Shown in pieces: positions 55,783 to 64,000 of a stretch of 64,000 bases of DNA (the stretch's first letter is position 1; every line of letters starts with the position of its first letter). Both the position numbers and the translations under genes were made by a program. This DNA comes from the human T2T-CHM13v2.0 reference genome, Homo sapiens. Below the pieces are notes generated by a model. That model was not told the DNA's origin and ran no database searches. It saw only the letters and a program-made list of their open reading frames with translations. Location: assembly GCF_009914755.1 (NCBI RefSeq), contig NC_060940.1, one strand, 5' to 3'.

Positions 55783-58700
55783 AAGGGAGGTGCATAGGTA
55801 CGTGCATAGGGAGGTGCTCGGCAGCCCAGGAGAGCTGCCGTGAGTGTGGTCAACTGCGGCCTTCCTGCTTACCTGTTTATTTTTGCCTGCCCTAACAATC
55901 AAGACGCCAGCAAGAAATCGATGTCCCTCTTACATGGTGACTTGGAAAGAGTTTCATATGAGGACAATTTACAGAAGACAGCAACAAGGGTGGTACAGCT
56001 CTCCTCCCCCTGCAAAACATAAACAGCAGGGAGCAGAGACCACCACCATGACTGAGGGGTTGGTGGGGGAGTTACTGGAACCCCAGACACAAAGAGGCCC
56101 AGTGGAGAGGGGCCTGTCCAACAGGAGCTGTGGCCTTCTTCAGAGGGACACAGCCAGCCTATGTACAAGTCTGTAGCAAGGCCAGTGACTACCCAGCTTC
56201 TCTCCCCACCTCCCTCCCATCTCTTGCTGTATCTTGATTTGGCTGAACTCAACAAGATGCCAGGGCAAAGGAGCCTGATTAATACGATGCAGGGGAGTCC
56301 ACGTTACAATCTCTGAGGGCACAGAGGGAAAAGGAAGGAGAGGCAGACACAGGGAGCAGCTGGAAGGTGTCCAGTGCATCCACCCAGCACCCAAAACACC
56401 CTGCCCAAACGTCTGTGGTGCCAAATGCTCAGTGTGCAAGCTCCCCAGCAGTGGGGGCGTAGCAAGTGACAACCACTGGCGTGCACTTGGACATTGGAGT
56501 CTGGACTCGTGTGGCCAAGAAGCTGGAAGAGAGGAGAACCACTTCTGGAGATGGTGCTCCTGACAGCTTCACTGCACCCGCTCCCTGGGGTGCCAATGGC
56601 CGCAGCGCAGGGGGCTGGGGCTCATGCTGTGGCCTCCGAGCCCAGCTCTGGTGGTGGAAGCTGCACCCCACCAGCCTGATTCTATGCTTTCATTTCCCAG
56701 GCTCTCATTTCCACATCTTAAAGCCTTCTGGAAATTCTGTAAGCTTTTCAGTATCCCTTTCCAAATTCCTTTGCTGCTGAGTAAGGCAGAATGAGTGTCT
56801 GTTGCTCCAACCAAGAGCCCTCTGTGATACTGAGCAGGGGCAGCAGTCAGGGTCCTGGAAGGAAAGAGGCAGCACCCTTGGCTGGCGATCTGGAGAGCCT
56901 TTAATGAAGGGACCAGTTACAGAGGCTCACACAGGTGAAGACAGCCAGAGACAAGCCACGGCGGGATGCCATGGCCAGCCTGAGACTAGAGAGGGCAAGG
57001 GGAGCTTGGAAGCATCAGAGATACGGAAGAGAGGAGCTGTGGTGAGAGAAGGACAGGGCCACCGCCAGGAGGAAGAAATGGCCTGACATCTCTCGTCCTG
57101 CACACCACTCTGCTGAAGGCACCTCCCGCAGCTGAACCCAACCGGAAGCCAGGGAGAGGATGAGGGGGTTCAGGCTCTGTCGTCTCCAGAGTTCAGAGGT
57201 GGACAGAGAAGACTGGCACTGGAGCTGGGGAGCACAGTGAAGGGTAGCCAGCCCCAAGGAAGGCCAGGGGCATGGGCGCAGGGCCCACTGCAGGCCTGGG
57301 CACTATCGAGACACGTTCTCCACGCGACCTCATTGAATCTTGACGGTGGCCCTGCTGAACAGCCTTGGAGGTGGGCTGACGGGATGCAGCCCCGGGGCCG
57401 GTCTGACTCAGCACCAGAGTGGCAGCTACCTCACTTGAGCCCACAGCAGCCCTGCTGGCTGAGCAGGGCAGACGCACTGTTACTGTTTTCACCATGAAGC
57501 AAATGGGCTCAAAGAGGTTAAGTTGGTGTCTTGAGTATGTATCTATGCGCAGGGGCTCACTGCTGTAACAAGCAACCCCAGGTTTCAGGAGCTTCACCTG
57601 ACTCATGCTCCTCTCCCGGCACAGAATGTGGGGCAGTAGGGTGGGTGGTTGGCTCCATGGAGCCATTCGAGAGTCCAGGACCCGTTTTCTAGGTCTTGGA
57701 GTTTCTTTCCCTGGAGCTCAGTGTCCGGCCAGTAGACAGAAAAAAGAAATCATAGCAAATGGCAGGAGAAGTTTCAGGGGCAGCTGGCACTCTTTCCCAT
57801 GTCCGCTGGCCAGAGCTCAGTCTCGGGTCCTGCCTGGCTTCCCGGGGTGGGAGATGAAGTCGGCCTGTTGCCGCGAGGGAGGGAGCTACGTGCATAGGGA
57901 GGTGCTCGGGCTGCTCTGCAGGGCACCCCCGAGGCGGGCCCGTGGCAGGCCGCACGGAACACAGAACCCTGTCGCTGGGAAGGGTGAGGGTCAGAGGTGG
58001 GAGACGGGGTGGGGAGGGGAGCAGTGCCCACTGTGCACACCTTAGAACCTTGGCCAGGGTTTTGGAAGCCATTGAAGGGAGTGGTGTCAGCTTGCCTGAG
58101 GGTCCTCAGCTAGTTAGGCACAACCCGGGGCCCCAAGCCGAGCTGGGAATTTTAGCTCTTGGAGCTCTGCCTCCGCCACACCGTGCACCCTGCACGGAAA
58201 GCTCGGAAATCACCCCAGCTTTCCGAGACGGTGTCTGCTACCTCTCACATCTTCCAGGCTTTGGATCTCATTCCCTTCCCCCAAGCCTAATGCATCATGC
58301 TTGCCCTTATGAAATTTCCCGGGAGCACTGTGAGACTCTGGGATCCAGAGGGCTCCAAGTTTGGGGTAGGCAGAGCCCTTCGCCTGCCCTGCGTGAGTCC
58401 AGCCCACAGTTTCTAGGAGACGCCAGGGAACATACCGCAGGCAAGTCGCCGCAGAGCTGGCTGCAAGACAGGCGGCCTTACAAATTGCTCTGTTAAACCT
58501 AAAAGCTCCAGCAATCCCAGGGATTACGAGGCGCCCTGGCGAGGCCTTGTTAGGACCGGCCTCCGGGAGAACACGGAGGGTATTTACATTTGTTGAAGGG
58601 CTCATTTTCGTGAAGGATGACAGGGCCTCGGCCCCAGAGGATCATGTGTGCATGGGCTTTTTATTTCCAGCAAACACTCAAACTCTCAAGGGTCAGATAC

Positions 58701-59870
58701 AGTGCAAGGCAGAAATCATGCTCAGCTGCAGGCAGGGATGTGGCCGTGTGCTGACCCAGTGCCCTGGAGCCAAGGGGTTTCTTCAGTTCTGGTTTCCGTG
58801 AGCTTGGCAAAGGTGACACCTGTATCAGATACCTCGTCTCTACTACTAGATCACCGCAGTCTCACCTGCGGTCTTTGGCTCCTTACTCTAGGCACCACTA
58901 TGGCAGCCAGACCTTCATGGTTCCAAACACATTCTGCAAAGCACCTTACTGTGTCCACGCTGGACATAGTCCTCCTCCCACTCTGGGGACTTCCTGTCAC
59001 CTTGGAGGCCGTGGATGCTGTGGCACCTGCCCAGTGCCCAGCCACGCACCAACAGGAAAGACTTCATGCATCATAGAGTAGATAATTGGCCGATGGGCAG
59101 CATGAACCAGTGGGCAAATTGTTCTCTTCTCTCCTCCTTGGATGGTTGTCCTGAGAGGCAGTTGTCTATATGGATTTTTGGAAGAGTCCCCTAAAACTGT
59201 GCAATCAATTGCTCCTAATACCAAGTGCTGGCCAGTTCAGTATTGAACCCTCCCTGGGATTCCACCCCCTAATCCAATGGCAGAACATTAGGTTTGCCTT
59301 GACTTCGGTTTTCTGGGGAACATGCACTCATATACGCACTCTGTACACACACACTTGCACATGTATGGAAATGGCGATTGATCCTTTCTTGATCCCAATA
59401 AGTCATGGGATCTCTCTTTTCTTCCCACACAATGATTAACAACAACAATGTCATGGTCATCACTATCTATCATTTATAGAGCTCTGTGGCAGAGACCAGC
59501 AACTCGTTCTCCAAATCATTTTCCTTTTCCTCCGAGGAACACAGCCATCCACATTTCCCAACCTCCCTTGCAGTTAGGGGGAAATGAGTGATTGAGTTGT
59601 GGCCAATGACAAGTGACAAAAGTGATATTGACCACTTCCGGGCCTGATCCATCAAAATCTAGCATGCCAGCTCCCATCCTCCATCCTCTCCACCTGCTGA
59701 ATTAAGAGGTCTCCCGATACCTGGGAGGAGGAGAGCCTCCCATGAGAACCAACCAGCTGGGAAAATCAGTGCTGCACTGTTATGTAATGAAGAAAAAACT
59801 TGCTGCGTATGGAGCCTCTGACACGTGGGGATTAGGGTTTGCAATGAGAAAACCATCCTCATAAGTGTGA

Positions 59871-60221
<351 letters not shown>

Positions 60222-60228
60222 TAATCTT

Positions 60229-61550
<1,322 letters not shown>

Positions 61551-62650
61551 CATTTAATCTTCACAAAGAAAGTACAATTATCATTGCAACTGGCCTGGTG
61601 CTGAGATTGAGACTCGAAGAGATCACAGTACTTAGAAGCTCACATAATTAGCAAACGGAGGGGATCTCTCAAAATTTTAAGCTAACTAGAACTCTTGCCA
61701 TCATGAAACATGTCCACCTCCACTTTATAGATGAAGAGACTAAAGTCCATAGAAGACCAATGACCAGTTGAGGTACCACTCAGTTTGCTAGCATGCCAAT
61801 GGGCAGTTCTCTAGACCCCCAATCTCCTAAGCCATCATGGACTGACAAGTGTCTTCATAGTCCTTTGCTGTCTTTCCCAGAGAAGGAGGCAAATTATCCA
61901 TTTAGAGGAAGCAATGATCAAAGAAATAAATCAGTCGTATCCAATAACTTGGTGTTGAGTCTGATAGACACTGGGCAGAGAAGCAATCGTGTTGCAATGC
62001 AGGGAATAGACAGGGTTGGAAGTGGCCCCTCTGCTAACCAGCTATGTGACTTGGAACAAGTGACTTAGCCTCTCTCTGTCTCCAGGACCTGATTTGTAAA
62101 ATGAAGCTAGTAATGTCACCTGCCCAGAACAATTGTTGGATAGTTTCTAACAAAGTTTTTTGCACTACCCCGTGTAGCTAGCACATGTTAAGCCCTCAAA
62201 CATTAGCTGTTATTTTATTTCACTATGTGGTCAGTCCAAGGCTACCCACATTTGCCAGCTCATCCTATGTCTGCCTAGTCTCTCTCTCTCTTTTTTTTTT
62301 TTTTGTCCCTCCAAAGTATTTATCTCACTTTCCTGCCTCACAAATCCATGGCCACACACTGACTCCCCTCCCCCCTCATTAAACCAGGCTTTCAGGAAAA
62401 GATCTAATATCAGTCAGATAATGTAAACCATCGAGATACCTCGCCTGGGGAGCTTTGCTAGTTCAGCCTAAGCTTTCAGTGAAGGTGCAAGCAACAGAGC
62501 TTCCTGGGACAGGGATTTGGAGTCTGAGCTGGCAGGCGTGGGGCAGATGCAGAGGATGGAGAACCCCTGCGGCAGTGCCCAGGTGGATGTCCTCTCCCAC
62601 TCCCTGCTCGGATGCCCTGGACTATGTATCATTTAGGCACTTGGGTCTGA

Positions 62651-62665
62651 GTCACCAGATGGCAG
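62651..62665 (+). promoter_or_regulatory. Candidate CTCF site
   Basis: GTCACCAGATGGCAG vs core CCASYAGRKGGCRS, one mismatch. Confidence 0.4.
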
Positions 62666-63009
62666 GGATGGCTTCAGCCTTCTCTCTGAGCCAAACTGAA
62701 AGCTCATAATATCCACCCCAGCTTGGCTTTGTGGTTTTCTGTTTTGCTCATTCCCAAAACAAGGTCCTCCGGAGGATGGAGGTCTGGTCCTCCAGATAGA
62801 GGATGATCTGTGTGATTCCTGGGAAGGGTGGGGTGAAAGCAATTATCTTTGAAGCACCAGAGACACTTTTCCAGAGAAGGATGTGGACTGTAAGGAATGG
62901 GGGAGTGTGGGAGAAATACAAAACATTCTACCAGAAAGTGCAGAAGGCCTCCGAATAGAGCATGATCTGAGGAGTCTTAGGTTCCTCCCACCTCCTCAAC
63001 AGCAACTGT

Positions 63010-63450
63010 TCATCCATTCATCCACCCATCCAATCTTCATTCCATTAATTCTTCCTTTTACTCACACAGCTATCCATCCATCCATCCATCTATCTATCCA
63101 TTCATCCACCTATCCGTCAATCCATCCATCCATTTATCCATCCTTTCATCCTTTTATTCATCCATCCATTTATCCATCCATCCTTTCTTCTATCACCATC
63201 CATCCATCCATCCGTCCACCATTCCATCCTTCTATTCATCCATCCATCCATTTATCCACCCTTCCATCGTTTTATTCATCCATCCATTTACCCATCTATC
63301 CTTTTTTTCTGTCATCATCCATCCATCTGTCCATTTATCCATCCTTCCATCCTTCTATTCATCCATCCTTCCTTTCTTCTATCATCCTCCATCCATTCAT
63401 CCACCTTTCCTCCCTTCATTCCTTCCACCCACCCAACCATCTACCTATTT
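63010..63450 (+). repeat. Degenerate (CCAT)n repeat adjoining an L2 3' end
   Basis: catccatcc runs followed by atttatttg...ggccaagcactatgctaagcactgag. Confidence 0.93.
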
Positions 63451-63642
63451 ATTTGTTGACTACATCATTATCAAGGTGTTAAATGTGGGCCAAGCACTAT
63501 GCTAAGCACTGAGTCTATGATATTGAGCAGGAAGACACCGACTGCCTCCCCTACCCCAACTCAAGCTCATTGGCCAATGAAGCTTTCACAGAGATAATGA
63601 TTCAGCTGTTGTCTTGTCCAGGCTCCATTAAAAGCAGACCTT

Positions 63643-63945
<303 letters not shown>

Positions 63946-64000
63946 GTAGACCCTGAGGCAAGCAATGCAAGCAGGGTGTTTGGAAAATGATCCCAGGAAA

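Overview
Human/primate-type nuclear DNA (about 13 Alus plus MIR, L2, old L1, MaLR LTRs and MER/Tigger/MADE1 DNA transposons). I see no intact protein-coding gene. The ORF track is explained by Alu, LTR, low-complexity and chance ORFs, except for a decayed processed CLIC1 pseudogene on the minus strand (60229-61550), which has its own target-site duplication (TSD) and two later Alu insertions. Several repeat-free, motif-dense blocks (about 9.7, 15.4, 22.3-23.0, 31.3-32.0 and 49.0-49.9 kb) look like enhancers; the 22.3 kb block, with a PBX-HOX + MEIS + GATA + FOX cluster, is the strongest. The most unusual signal is a recurring set of short sequences copied from 0.2-5 kb away into junctions (1.1, 25.5, 38.3, 55.8 and possibly 14.9 kb). 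Some are shuffled or inverted and resemble fossil template-switch repair scars. Repeat subfamily names come from recalled consensus sequences and their boundaries are approximate. I could not assign the locus with confidence.
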